Shown piece after piece: positions 39,939 to 52,986 of a stretch of 64,000 bases of DNA; the first letter of the stretch is position 1; each line of letters opens with the position of its first letter. The notes below the pieces were generated by a model. The model was not told the DNA's origin. It saw only the letters and a program-made list of their open reading frames with translations, and ran no database searches. Source of the stretch: Felis catus (lineage: Eukaryota). The position numbers were made by a program, and so were the translations under genes. Location of the stretch: positions 42,410,001-42,474,000 of the forward strand of contig NC_058368.1 of NCBI RefSeq assembly GCF_018350175.1, read 5' to 3'.

Positions 39939-41563
39939 GAAATTGGTTGCATTTCTATACACTTTCTGAAGCAACAGAAAGAGAAATGAAGAAATAAATC
40001 CCATTACAATCGCATCAAAAACCATAAAATCCCTAGAAATAAACCTAACCAAAGAGGTGAAAAATCGATACACTGAGAACTATAGAAAGTTTATGAAATA
40101 AATTGAAGAAGACACAAAAAAAATGGAAAAATATTCCATGTTCATGGATTGGAAGAACAAAAATGTCAATACTATCCAAAGCAATCTACATATTTAATGC
40201 AATCCCTATCAAAATAACACCAATATTCTCCACAGAGCCAAAACAATCTTAAAATGTATGGAACAAGAAAAGACCCCAAATAAGCAAAGCCATCCTGAAA
40301 AAGAAAACCAAAGCAGGAGACATCACAATCCTGGGCTTCAAGATGTATTACCAAGTTGTAATCATCAAGACAGTATGGTACTAGCACAAAAACAGACACT
40401 TAGATCGATGGAACAGAATAGAGAACCCAGAAATGGACCAACCCACAAACATATGGCCAATAATCTTTGACAATACAAGAAAGAATATCAAATGGAATAA
40501 AGACAGTCTCTTCAACAAATGATGTTGGGAAAACTGGACAGCAACATGCATAAAAATGAACGTGGACCACTTTCTTACACAAAAATAAACTCAAAATGTA
40601 TGAAAGACCTAAATGTAAGATGAAGCCATCAAAATCTTAGAGGAGAAAGCAGACAAAAACCCCTTTGACCTCAGTTGCGGAAACTTCTTACTCAACATGT
40701 CTCTGGAGGCAAGGGAAATAAAAGCAAAAATGAACTATTGGGACCTGATCAAAATAAAAAGCTTCTGCACAGTGAAAGAAGCATTCAGCAAAACCAAAAG
40801 GCAACCAACAGATTGGGAGAAGATATTTGCAAATGACATATCAGATAAAGGGCTAGTATCCAAAAGTCTATGAAGAAATTATTAAACTCAACACCCAAAA
40901 AACAAATAATCCAGTGAAGAAATGGGCAAAAGACATGAATAGACACTTCTCCAAAGAAGACATCCAGATGGCAAATAGACACATGAAAAGATGCTCAACA
41001 TCACTCTTCATTAGGGACATACAAATCAAAACCACAATGAGATACCACCTTACACCAGTCAGAATGATTAAAATTAACAACTCAGGCAACAACAGGCTTT
41101 AGTGAGGATTACAGAGAAAAAGGATCTCTTTTGCATTGCTGTTGGGAATGCAAACTGGGGCAGCCACTCTGGAAAACAGTATAGAGGTTCCTCAAAAAGT
41201 TAAAAATAGACCTACTCTACAACCCTGCATTTGCACTACTAGGTATTTATCCAAAGGACACAGATGTTCTGTTTCAAAGGGGCACAGGCATCACAATGCA
41301 CCCTATGAACCCCAAAGTGTTTATAGCAGCACTTTCAACAATAGCCAAAGTATAGAAAGAACCCAAAGGTCCATCGACAGATGAGTGGATAAAGACAATG
41401 TGGTATATATATATATATATATACATATGTATATATATATATGCAATGGAGTTATTGCTTGGCAATCAAAAAGAATGAAATCTTGTCATTTGCAGCAATG
41501 TGGATGGAACTAGAGGGTATTATGCTAAGTGAAATTAGTAAGAAAAAGACACATATCATTTGA
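39939..41563 (+). pseudogene. L1 ORF2p remnant, 3' part (outer copy resumed)
   Basis: [44 protein letters not shown]; ends MLSEISKKKTHII-stop. Confidence 0.93.
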
Positions 41564-42339
41564 CTTCACTCATATGTGGAATTTGAGATACAAAACAGAT
41601 GAACAAAAGGGAAGGAAACAAATATAAAAACAGGGAGGGGGGCAAAACATAAGAGACTCTTACATATAGAGAAAAACTGAGGTTTGCTGTAGGAGTTGTG
41701 GGTGGGGGGTGGGCTAAATGGATAAGGGCATTAAGGAAGATACTTGTTGGGAGGAGCACTGGGTGTTATATATAGGGAATAAATCACTGGAATCTGTTGC
41801 TGAAATCATTATTGCACTATATGCTAACTAGGATGTAAATTAAATAATTAAATAATTAAATAAAAATAAAAAAAGTAAATATCTTACACAATGCATTACA
41901 AGACTGTAATTCGAAATCACCAGAATTTGAAGTCAGGTATATTTGACTCAAGATTCCAATCATTTTAAACATACATTTTTGCAGGATGAAACCCCATTCA
42001 CCTTATTTAATTATGTTATCTTCTTCATTTATAAAATAGATAATTCTAACAACATTGATTTGGATCACTAAATGGCATTACCAACTCAAGATACCTATAA
42101 TAATAGGTATTCATACATATTTTCTTTCCATCTTGGTCACAGGCTTAATTCCCACTTACTAGGTATCACCAATTGCTTCCTAAATTAATATTTCTCTTCT
42201 TATAAAGCAACTATTAACTTATATTGTCTCCTAAACTCTACAAATGCAAAGATAACTTCAGTCCTCTAGGAACTCACTATCTATTGGTAAAAAATCTTTC
42301 ATAGAGATTTACAATCTCTATAAATAATACATTTCAAAG

Positions 42340-42630
42340 TGCTGGCTATAGGCTGAATGTACTTGTTCTGAACATAATTATACAACACCAAAAACAACAA
42401 AAACAGTCAATATTTAAAAATGAATGGTTTCATACAAAAATCTGGGAATTTGTTGTTCTCCTAAAAAAAATTACACTATAGGCAATGCCGATCTATGTCA
42501 TTACATGGCAACAACTGGCAAGGGTTGAGTAGCATCTATATACTCTTTAACATGGGGCAAGTGTCTTTTGGGTTATTACAGGTGGACCCCATACACCTAC
42601 TTCTCTTCTTTATATTATCTGTCAGATTTT
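42340..42630. mobile_element. MER102-like hAT-Charlie relic
   Basis: TTTCATACAAAAATCTGG...CATGGCAACAACTGGC...TGAGTAGC resembles the recalled MER102 core. Confidence 0.55.
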
Positions 42631-43605
42631 TGTGTTCTTAACTCTTATAGAAGCCCTTAGGCTCTATAAAGATCAGGACAAGTTCTGGCACAGTATCTAC
42701 ACAGGTAACTATCCATCACGTATCTGTTGAATAAATAAATGACAGAAATCCAAAGTAAGCACAGTAGTTTTTTAATTAACCATTCCTTCTAAGACTCAAA
42801 CCAATTTTTTATCCATTGACAACTGATCTAGGGAAATAACTGAGAGGATATGAAATTCTCAGCATGAGAACGCTTGGAAATAATCAAGTGTGCATCTTAC
42901 AATAAGGTAATAGATCATCAGCACAATAGTTGGCCATCAAAAGTAGAAATGTATTTAATCCAGACCTTTTAACCATGTATTTGCTGTGTTTGAGAGATTT
43001 TCATGTATTCCCAGAATTGAATTAGGCTTTTTCTATAATGCCTTTTCCTAAATTACATGTTAAGAAAAACAGACAATAAAAAACAAAACCCGTTAACAAT
43101 ATTTTTGTGGAAAGAGGGGAAAAAATTGGATAAGCCCAGCAATAATAAAGATATATTTGAAGTCAGAAAAATCTGTTATGGCTCTACCAATGACTACCAA
43201 TTTAATAATAGCCACATTATTGAATGTCTTACATTTGTGTCCTTTCCTCTAAAAATAGAGATGACACTTAGCTTTTATATTAGCTCTGAGCTTAAACAGT
43301 ATTGCCATCAAAAAAAGAAAAAAATGGCCAAACAATACACATGGCACATAATAAGTCCATGAATAAAATGCAGTGTTCTTTTTTGTTTCTCTTTCTTACT
43401 TTGAAATAGTAACATGCCTTAACAATCGCTTTTAAAATCATAAGGAATCATTATTTCTAAATCCTTACATTTTACATTATCTGATATTTTCTTTTTTAAT
43501 CAAACATTGTCGAAAATAATGTTATTGGAAAATGAATAATGCCAATTATACAAATAAAGCTTATATATTCAAAATACACATATATCTATGTGTTTGTGTG
43601 TCAAA

Positions 43606-43670
43606 GTATATATGTGTGTATGTGTGTGTGTGTATATATATATATATGTACATATATATATATATATATA

Positions 43671-43713
<43 letters not shown>
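43606..43713. repeat. Compound (TG)n/(TA)n microsatellite punctuated by TGTACA
   Basis: Read directly from the sequence. Confidence 0.97.
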
Positions 43714-44659
43714 CCACATATCCAAGAGAAAGTTTTAGGCATTTAAACAACAGCCATAAAACCAGTATCTTAGCTTCCCTGAAGGCTATGATTGAATGCA
43801 TCTTATCTTAACAATAGTGACCCCATGTTCTTCTGTGCCAAGTGTGCAAGTCCCAGCAGTGAATTTAAACCCAATCTCATTTTAAGTTTCCATTGTACTC
43901 AGCATGATCCTCATTTTTCACTGCATTGCCCTCGTCAGGGCCATGGTCCTGTCTAGGACACTGCTACCGATACACCAGGAGCTGTAACTGAACTTATAAC
44001 TATACATACTTTTCGTACTACCACAGAAGTATTACTATAAATGAAAGCAAACAGACTTTTATACTTTGAAGCGCGTGGAGAATCTTAAATAGCAATAACA
44101 GCATGCCTATGATCAATGTTAAATAGCAACACTAAGTGGCTCACCTCTGACCCTCAAAGAATAACAAGTAATTGTATTAATAGTTTTCTATACATTAACA
44201 CACATTTAGAAAGGCTTTTATCTAGAGATGAAGACATCATCTGGTACAGGGAAGCCCACATCCTGAAACTAACTGGATACAGATAACCTGCAAATATATG
44301 ACAGCTTTCTAATAATTGTAAACACATGTATACTACTTGTTTTTAGGTGTAATTTTTTAAAGGGTCTTTCAACATGTATTGAGTAAAAGGTGTGTAAAGG
44401 AAATGTTAGTAGATTAGCACAACATAAGTGAGGATATTCCAAGTGCACCCAACAGCACGCTGTTATCTTCTTCCTCTCCTTATACAGCTATTCCCCGGGT
44501 GAGTCTGAGCTCTCACAGGGTCACTCAAGTACCCTGAACCAAAAGTTCCAGAACAACTCTGTCCTCTCCTTCCTATTCTGTCCTCCTCTATTATTTGCAA
44601 ACAGCAAGCACAATTTTACTGTTGTTCACCTATAACTGTCTACTACCTAGAAACTCCTC

Positions 44660-44965
44660 CATTCACGTACACAGTAGACATTTATTACCTATTTGCCACC
44701 ATTGTCCTAGGTGCTGAAGACAAGGAGTGAGCAAAACAAAGTCTGAGACCTCACGAATCTTATATTCCAGTGGGAAGATGGGAAAAAAAATTTTAAATAA
44801 AACTGGAGCATACTGTCAAGTAATTTCAAATGTTATAAAGAAAAAAAAGGCAAAAAGTTGTGGGGTGACAGTAGATAATCCAGTTGGTCAAAGAGGGCCT
44901 CTGACAGTTGAGCGGAGGCCTGAATGAGAGGAATGAGTGTAGTCTTGGGAAGAGAATCCAGGTAC
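44660..44965 (-). mobile_element. LINE-2 3' end
   Basis: CATTTATT...GTCCTAGGTGCTG...GTGAGCAAAACAAAGTC...CTTATATTCCAGTGGG...GGTCAAAGAGGGCCTCT. Confidence 0.7.
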
Positions 44966-45268
44966 TTGTGGGTCTAACTGTCTGTCCTTTAAAGACAATA
45001 CCGAAGCTACTCAACATTTGCCTAATCAAACAGAGGCTTAACAGAAGAAACCGTTTGGAAGGAGGAAATGTATTTCTAGCGTTGCTCCTCTTTTCTAACT
45101 AACATACTTTTCAATTTTATAAATTAACTTCGAAACTATCAGTTTCTCAGAGGTTTCTAGTGCTTTAAGAGCATCCATAACACCAACATTTCCTGCTTAT
45201 GTACGTTCATTTTTCCTGCTGGGGTGAAGGCCCACTGCTTTTATTGTATGTTCAAAAAGTATAACAAA

Positions 45269-45503
45269 CGATGGGCGCCTGGGTGGCTCAGTCGGTTAAG
45301 TGTCCTACATCGGCTCAAGTCATGATTTCACGGTTTGTGGGTCTGAGCCCCCCACCCCCACCCCCGGGTCAGGCTCTGTACTGACAGCTCAGAGCCTGGA
45401 GCCTTCTTCAGATTCTGTGTCTTCTTCTCTTCCTTCCCCTCCCCCACTTGTGCTCTGTCTCTCTTTCTCAAAAATAAATACACCTCTTTAAAACTTTTTT
45501 TTT
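45269..45503 (+). mobile_element. Can-SINE
   Basis: SINE body; TSD AAAAAGTATAACAAA at 45254-45268 and 45504-45518. Confidence 0.95.
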
Positions 45504-45635
45504 AAAAAGTATAACAAAAACTTTGCAAAGAGGACAAATCCCATTACTGAGTGCCTGCTGTGTAACAGGAATATGGCGCTGAATTCAGAGAGACCTACAT
45601 AGAAATTCTAATGGTGCTACTCTTTATCCATGTGA

Positions 45636-45981
45636 TGCTACAGCCTGAATGTTTGTATCCCTCCCCAAATGTTATCTGTTGAAATCCTAATCTCTAAAGA
45701 CAATGGCATTAGGTGACCTTTGGGAGGAGATCAGGACAGGACAGAGTCCTCATGAAAGGGATTAGTGCTCTGACAGATGACACCCAAAAGAACCCCCTAG
45801 CCTCCTTTATCCAATGTGAGGATACAAGGAAAACTATGATCAGAAGAGGGCACTCACCCAACCATGCTGCCACCCCGATCTTGGACTTCCAGCCTCCAGA
45901 ACTGTGAGCAATAAATTTCTTCTGTGTGTAAACCACCCAATCTGTGGTATTTTATCATAGCAGCCTGAATAAACTAAGACA
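45636..45981 (+). mobile_element. MaLR solo LTR (MLT1A/A0-like), apparently inserted in a MIR (about 45575-46120)
   Basis: TG...CA termini; TGCTACAGCCTGAATGTTTGT start; GATCTTGGACTTCCAGCCTCCAGAACTGTGAG.AATAAATT; AACTAAGACA end. Confidence 0.9.
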
Positions 45982-46779
45982 GAGCAGGCTGTTCACATCA
46001 TTTGACCCTCACGCTTAATAAGTCATAATGAAAGGCAAACTTCCTCAGCATTTTTTCTGGAAGGATTTCAAGAGGTCATGTACACAAAATGCCTGAGCAC
46101 TGCTTGGCACTCCAGAGGAACAAAGGAGACCACAGGTAGTGGATTTTTCCCACGCTTTATTCCGCGTGATTTTTACAACAGCCCAGTTTCCCCAAGAGGA
46201 AATCAAAGTCCTGAAAAGTTAGGTAATTTCTCCAAGCTCTCACAGAAGTGGAAAGCTAAACTTCAAACCTAGGATCTTTACAACCACAAATACCTGTTTT
46301 GTTTTTTGGTTTTCATTTGTTTTTTGTCTGCTAAGTCACTTCACAAATAATAAATGCTTTAGATTCTTTTTGCTCACCTGTCATATCTAATCACTCTCTA
46401 AGGCCTGGATATTACTTGTGTTTTGTTTTGAAATGGCTCTTTCATACATCTCTTCATCTCCATTCTTACCACCAGCACCACAATCCTGACAATTATCACC
46501 ATATAATGGGAATATGATGATATTCAAATCAGCCTTTTTGTTTCCCATTTCCTCCTCTATCCCCAAATTGCTTTCTCTAAATCACTCTGAGAGCAACATT
46601 CATGGACTCAAATCCAAGTAGAACATCAAAAATAATTTAAGCCAATTCTGTCCATTCTTGAATCATTTCCCGGATGATGTGGATTGGATTTTCCTTCCAC
46701 GATTCCTCATGGATTAGAGTATATGAACCTTCTCTAGTGTCTATTCTATAAAGGCTTCCTCTAAGATCATTTACACTAT

Positions 46780-46994
46780 GGGGTGCCTGGGTGGCCTAGT
46801 TGGTTAAGCATCCGACTTTGGCTCAGGTCATGATCTCATGGTTCATGAGTTGGAGCCCCAAGTTGGGCTCTGTGCTTCCAGCTCAGAGCCTGGATAGAGC
46901 CTGCTTCAGATTCTGTGTCTCCCTCTCTCTCTGCCCCTCCCCGCTTGTGTTCTCTCTCTCGCTCAAAAATAAATAAACATTAAAAAAAATTTAT
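46780..46994 (+). mobile_element. Can-SINE
   Basis: SINE body; TSD GATCATTTACACT (46765-46777) / GATCATTTATACT (46995-47007). Confidence 0.95.
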
Positions 46995-49094
46995 GATCAT
47001 TTATACTCGAATGCTCCCGTATGAAATCTTTGGGGAGGAAGGAAGAGCAACCCATTTGGCAATAAGATCTGGCTTATACTATTATTTTATTATTATTACT
47101 ATCATCATCATCATTATCATCATTATAGAACCAAATAAAGCTACATCTTGCATAGCTGAGAGGTCAAATGATTTTTTTTAATTTAATTAGTTTTTGTACT
47201 CATGTGAAGTTGGATTATGTCAGGTGAAATACGAAAAAAATATTGCCTAGTATTGTCTAGTAGCAGTAAAAACAGAAACTAAAGGTAAAAGCTTCCCCTT
47301 CAAACAGTGACTTTGTCCCCCTAGTATCTACATTGTTTCCATTCTCCTAGGTTAAGCAGCCCAGAGGTACAACAGTTAGCAACAGATACTAGTTTTTCTG
47401 CTCCTTTGACTACTTCCACAAAGACCTTTGCAGATCAGTTATGGGGTAGTCAAATGAGCAGGAAAACTAATACCCATTGAACTGCAAGGTCGTTGAGATC
47501 AGGAACAATGCATTAATGATAATTTTTATATATACCTAGCATGGGTATAAAATAATTGCTATATTCGTATGCAAAGGGGATATGGTTTGAAAACTGGCAG
47601 GAAATGTATTTGAAATGACATGATGGCTGATGAAGAAAAGATTGGTTTAAAAACACATGCTATATTTCTTTCAATTTACTTTTTATTGTTATTTCAGAAC
47701 CTTTGATCTTTTAGAAACTTTCTAATGAAATAGTTTGAAAGGCAAATCAATTAACTTTTTCATTTCCCTTCCTACCTCTTGCCTCTCAACAAACTCCTAA
47801 GAAGAAAAGTGCATTATACACACGTTCTTAGTGGGTTTACAGATAAAGAAAAACAACCTCCCTACTGGCTTACATTTTCTAACATTTTCAGGTAATTATC
47901 TGAAACAGACCTTGTAAAGGTAGAATCCACTTCCTTGAATCTGTCTTTTGAGCAGAATCCAAAAGCAAAGGGACCAAAATAAGGAAATCAATTCCTGCCA
48001 ACGAGTGTCTGAAAAGCTCCAGCTAAATGAACTGATGTAATCTCAGTGCAGGACTTGCAGGGAGGAACGCAGGAATTCTCATCACTCCTGAATCTCCAGG
48101 AGGGAGGAGGAGGCTGAGTGAGGCACTCCAGCAGTTCCAGCTGGTGGAAGTCAAAGATTACTGATAAGACAGGCCGAAGGCATGCTCCCCTGCTTCAGCG
48201 TGGGTGATGTGTCTTGCGCTATTTCAGCAGGCCACAAGTGACAGGAATCCAAGGTACCACTATCAATCTTATTTGCCCCAAACAGATAGTGAAACATAGA
48301 CAAGAAATTGGAGAGATTAGATAGATAGATTAAAACACAAAAACAAAAAAACAGAAAAACACAACACACATTCAAGCTTATGACCTGTGCCCCAATTCCT
48401 CAACATATTGCAGGAAAAATTCCAGTGTTTATCAGAATTGGTGCAAACATGCTACAGCCATCTGACAAAAGAAAAGCCTTCTTTGCAGTTCCCAAGACTG
48501 GTGAGGGAGAAATTTGCAGAGGATGCGAGATTTTTTTCACAATGTTAACCATCTTAGATAATATAAAAGGCAAGCACATCTCCTGCCATTTTACTGTATG
48601 ACTGCATATTGCACATTGTATACTGTTAGCTCACATTTGCAGAGGCAGATATATGTTGAAAAGGAAGAAAAAGATCATCATCAGGAACTATGAACAATTG
48701 TGTGTTCCTTACAACATCTGGAGTACTGGCCTTAAACTATTCCATTTTTTTAAAACTGTCAAAACTGTATACAGATATATTTCATTCAGCAATCTAGTGA
48801 ATTGCAAAATTATTGTGAAATCAGAAGTATTGGGAGTGAATTGGTGTCCTAAAACAATTTTGGAGAAATTACTTAAACATGTGTCAGCTTAATTAAACTG
48901 ATGTAAATTCGGTCTTTTCTAATGTGTTTGAGAACAACAGCATATATTCATCACTTTTCTTTTAAAAAAGAAGAGAAGCAATCTAAAGCACATGCATTAA
49001 AGTTTCCTAATCCAGGACAGAATGTGCTTAGTGGTAAATAGCTTCAAAGAACTAGAATAATGTTGGTATTTTACTCTATATCTATCTAAAGGTT

Positions 49095-49440
49095 ATGTAA
49101 ATCAAAATGGGGTAGGTATGCTGCAGTAAATAACCCACAAAGGTTAGTAGTTTAAAGCAAATAAAAAAGGTTTATTCCTCACACATATTACATGATCATC
49201 ACAGATCAGCTAGAGGCTCTGCTTTGTGTCCTACTCACTTTCCGATCTTAGTTGATGGAACAACTACTACCTGTAACATTGCTGGTTGCCATGGTAGAGA
49301 GAAATAGAGAGTCTGGACAATCTTACATGAGCAATTACATGCTCCAGCCCAGCAGGAATAAACCTCACTTCTGCCCACAATTCACTGTGTACTATTCACA
49401 AGAGACCATCTAACCACAAGGGAATCAGGAAGCATAAATA
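49095..49440 (-). mobile_element. Old MaLR LTR (MLT1L-like)
   Basis: TAGGTATGCTGCAGTAA...AAAGGTTTATT...ATCAGCTAGAGGCTCTGCT...TCACTTCTGCCCACAATTCACTG. Confidence 0.65.
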
Positions 49441-49454
49441 TCAGAAGAAGCAGC

Positions 49455-49640
49455 CACCATTTATTAAGGGCCAACTAAGCGCTCAGTTTGGGGAGGTGCT
49501 TTAACTACTTTGCATAATTTTAACACATACAGTAACTCTTGTAGGTAGGTATTATTAAGGTTCCATTTGGCTTACTAAATGAAACTGAGGCTTATAGAAC
49601 TTAAGCTTTCCAAAGCAAAAAAGCTATTACTATCTGACAA
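49455..49640 (-). mobile_element. MIR SINE
   Basis: CCATTTATTAAG...AGGTAGGTATTATT...GAAACTGAGGCTTATAGAACTTAAG. Confidence 0.65.
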
Positions 49641-49912
49641 TGGTCACCCTCCTTTCTCCATACCACACTGCTGTTTCTCCCATTAGGTCTCAGGTATTAT
49701 TTAACTCTTCACCTTAAAAGCAACAATAAAATGCATGCTGCATGCATATGGCCATTTTGATGTGACTGTGTGATTTAATATAACAAAATGTTTGTAAAGG
49801 ATGTTAATGATATAGAGCTAAAAGATGATTTTAATCATTTTTTTACAAAAAAAGGAAAACACAACTTTAAAAATGTTAATACTCTTTGTATTCATTGCAA
49901 CTCAAAAATATA

Positions 49913-50349
49913 TAGCAGTCTCTGGATATGTTCCAAGACCCTCAGTGTATGCCTCAAACTGTGGATACTACTAAACCCTATATATACTATGTTTTGTTCC
50001 TATACATACTTACCTATGGTAAAGTTTAATTTACAAATTATGCACAGCAAGATATTAATGACAATAACTAATAATATACTAGAACAATTGTAACAATATA
50101 CTATAATAAAAGTTATATGAATGTGTCTCTCTCTTAAAATATCTTACTGTACTGCATTCACCCTTCTTGTGGTGATGTGAGATCATAAAATATCCACCTG
50201 ATGAGATGAAGTGAGGTGACTGACATAGGCATTGTGATGTAGCATTAGGCTACTACTGACCTTCTGACATGAAGTCAGAAAGAGGATCGTCTACTTCCAG
50301 GCTGCGGTTGACCACAGAAAGTGAAACCATGGATAAAGGGGGACTACGG
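49913..50349 (-). mobile_element. MER44B-like TcMar-Tigger non-autonomous DNA transposon
   Basis: Right end GAAAGTGAAACCATGGATAAAGGGGGACTAC with TA flanks; internal GTTCCAAGACCCTCAGTG.ATGCCT and GTGAGGTGACTGACATAGGCATTGTGA. Confidence 0.85.
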
Positions 50350-51755
50350 TACCACAAATAAGTTGCAGAGCTACAGGTAATGTGATGAATCGACACGATT
50401 TTTATATGCATCAAGACCTATAGGAGAATGAAGAGAGCGCAAGAACATTTTGGCACAAATTATTCAATTAAAAAATATGATATGCCACTCCCTAAATTTC
50501 TCCTTTTGTCTCTTTCCTTTGCTTGGATAGTTCTCTTGGCCTTGGTTTTAACTTCAGAAAATAGTCCCATCTGGTCCCAACTGTTAAAGGGCTAGAGACC
50601 TCTGTTGAGCAGCAACTTCAAAATTGCCAAGTGTTCTAACTCCTTGATATTGGAAAACAGTAGACTGGAAAATTACAGGAGATTGGTTTCCATAGAGTCT
50701 TGTTTACAACTGTAGCTGGTAAGTAGACAGCTCCAACTCATTCTATGGCAAGTGGTTTCTCTGAAAATCTCCAGATCAAACAAAACAAAACAAAACAAAA
50801 CAAACCGTGCAGCAAATTTAAAATCCTATTTATTCCTTCCTAAAGTGCTGCATTTTATAGAGGCAATCAGCCTGAGTACCAGCACAAGAGCCTAAAATAT
50901 TTTCTACATTTAATATAAATATTATAAGCACAAAAATTACGTGAATGGTAATAAAATAATAAGGACTAACTATTTTTAAAAACCTAATAATCAGCGCTTT
51001 TATTGCATCAAATGCATTAAACTTCTTTGAATTGAAGCCTTTTCATCATAATGTACTAAATTAAATATCTGTTCCTTGTAGAATATGATTCTGTGAAACT
51101 AGATTAAAATCAAATCATGGACAAAATCAATTTTACTTACAATAATCCTAGCCTACTGAGATTCCAGTCTAGTAATCATAATAAACGTCTCTCCCCCCTC
51201 ATGTTTTTTCCCAGTTTAGACTTTCCCAAAAGATATAATTTGTCAACCATGCACACTTCTTAAAATGTATTTCATTAGAGTACTATGAACAGAAACAAAC
51301 AGCAGGCATTCAACAACCCTTTAGGGCATTCCAAGGGGGAAAAATATATGTATGTGTATCTATATATGTGTGTATGTGCCTGTGTAAAGAGATAGGTGTT
51401 TGATAGATGAATACTGATATGTATATCTGCAGAAATGGAATCCAAACAAACCTAAGGGATTACTTGATTTAAGAAAGAATGATAAATATTTAAGCTGTCT
51501 TGGGGGAATTACTCTGACAATGGATCTTGGGATTACTTCTCACATAAAACTCAGAGGATTTGGTATCTTGTCAGGAAACTGGAATGAACCATGCTTACAT
51601 GATGTTAATCATGCATTTAATCATTCTTTTGTTGCAAGTCCACTATAAAATGAAAAGAAAAACATGCAAGTGTTCCACCCACCCCACCCCTTCACATCTG
51701 AGCTTTTTAAAATAACAGGAGTTTAGATGTGTTCATTTAGGGGGAAAAAAGTTTT

Positions 51756-51971
51756 GGGCGCCTGAGTGGCTCAGTTGGTTAGGCATCTCACTCTTGATTT
51801 TGGCTCAGATCATGATCTCATGGTTTGTGAGATCAAGCCCCACGTTGGGCTCTACACTGACAATGTGGAGCCTGCTGGTGATTCTCTCTCTCCCTCTCTC
51901 TCTCTCTGCCTCTCCCTGGTTCTCTCTCATACTCACTCTTTCTCATAAATAAATAATTAGAAAAAAAGAAT
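51756..51971 (+). mobile_element. Can-SINE
   Basis: SINE body; TSD AAAAGTTTT at 51747-51755 and 51972-51980. Confidence 0.94.
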
Positions 51972-52482
51972 AAAAGTTTTTATTCATCTAATTTTAAAAT
52001 AATACCTGAAAACAAGGAAAATTTCACTTAAAGATATGATTATTCTTTCAGAGATGCTATTCAGTTATTTAAAATTATATTCTGGTTTCAGATAATTACT
52101 GAACTTCAACTCCAATATAACAGAAGTGAGACAGAATTGAGTTTGGAAGCTTCCTAATCATGTCATATACATGCTAGGAATCTAAGAGCTAAAAATTCTA
52201 CTAAAAACACCACAATGGTAAGGTTGATGATATAACTTAAAAACAAAATTTTAGTTTTGAACTTCAAAATTCCACTCATAAATATTATCTACCACCACTG
52301 CTGCTTTGGAAATGAGGAAACTATAACTCATATTTGATATGAAAATCATAAAGCCATATGGTTGTTGGGGACAGAACAGGTTTTACCACACAAGTTCAAT
52401 ATTCTTTCATTTGATACGAAATGAATTTTGCTCTTGTCACTCCTTTTGTTGTACTTTAATTTTATAATTAAAAAAAAATTAA

Positions 52483-52571
52483 GGGGCGCCTGGCTGGCTC
52501 AGTCAGAAGAATATGTGCTCTTGATTTATTGATCATGAGTTTGAGCCCCGTGTTAGGCACAGAGATTACTT
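52483..52571 (+). mobile_element. Short Can-SINE lacking the (CT)n tract (SINEC_c-like)
   Basis: GGGGCGCCTGGCTGGCTCAGTCAG...GAGCCCCG...AGAGATTACTTAAAA; TSD AAAAAAATTAA at 52472-52482 and 52572-52582. Confidence 0.88.
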
Positions 52572-52760
52572 AAAAAAATTAAGGCTATAAAATAAAGCAT
52601 ATATTAATTTGAATACTTAGACATCAAGTTGGGAAATGAAAATCAGTATACATTTTGAAAGGTTAAAATTTAGAGAAGTCATACTTAGAAAAAAGAGTCA
52701 CCTATGTTGCATGTGAAAGTACAAACTGACACAAACTATGGCTCTAAAAATCATGTTGCA

Positions 52761-52926
52761 GGGTCACCTGGGTGGTTCAGTCCGTTGAGCATCCGACTCT
52801 TGATTTTGGATCAAGTCATGCTCTCATGGTTAGTTTGCAGGTTCGAGCCCCACACTGGGCTCTGTGCTGGCAGTGGAGAACCTGCTTGAGATTCCCTCTC
52901 TCTCCCCCTCTCTCTGCCCTTCCTGT

Positions 52927-52967
<41 letters not shown>

Positions 52968-52986
52968 ATAAATAAACTTTAAAAAC
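52761..52986 (+). mobile_element. Can-SINE
   Basis: SINE body and (CT)n; TSD AAAAATCATGTT at 52746-52757 and 52987-52998. Confidence 0.95.

Larger units (their letters stand above)
27589..41875 (+). mobile_element. Full-length LINE-1, outer and older copy (about 6.8 kb once the nested L1 is removed)
   Basis: 5'UTR begins GGAGACCCAAGATGGC; ORF1 and ORF2 remnants, 3'UTR and A-rich tail present; 19-bp TSD TAAATATTTTACACAGTGC (27570-27588) / TAAATATCTTACACAATGC (41876-41894). Confidence 0.96.

Noticed and set aside
29256..41563. L1 ORFs as functional CDS or an active element
   Set aside because: Both copies have multiple stops and frameshifts, altered RT motifs and insertions; called pseudogene remnants.
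6244..42321. Short hairpins at 6244-6268 and 42301-42321
   Set aside because: Stems of 9-11 bp in very AT-rich DNA are expected by chance.
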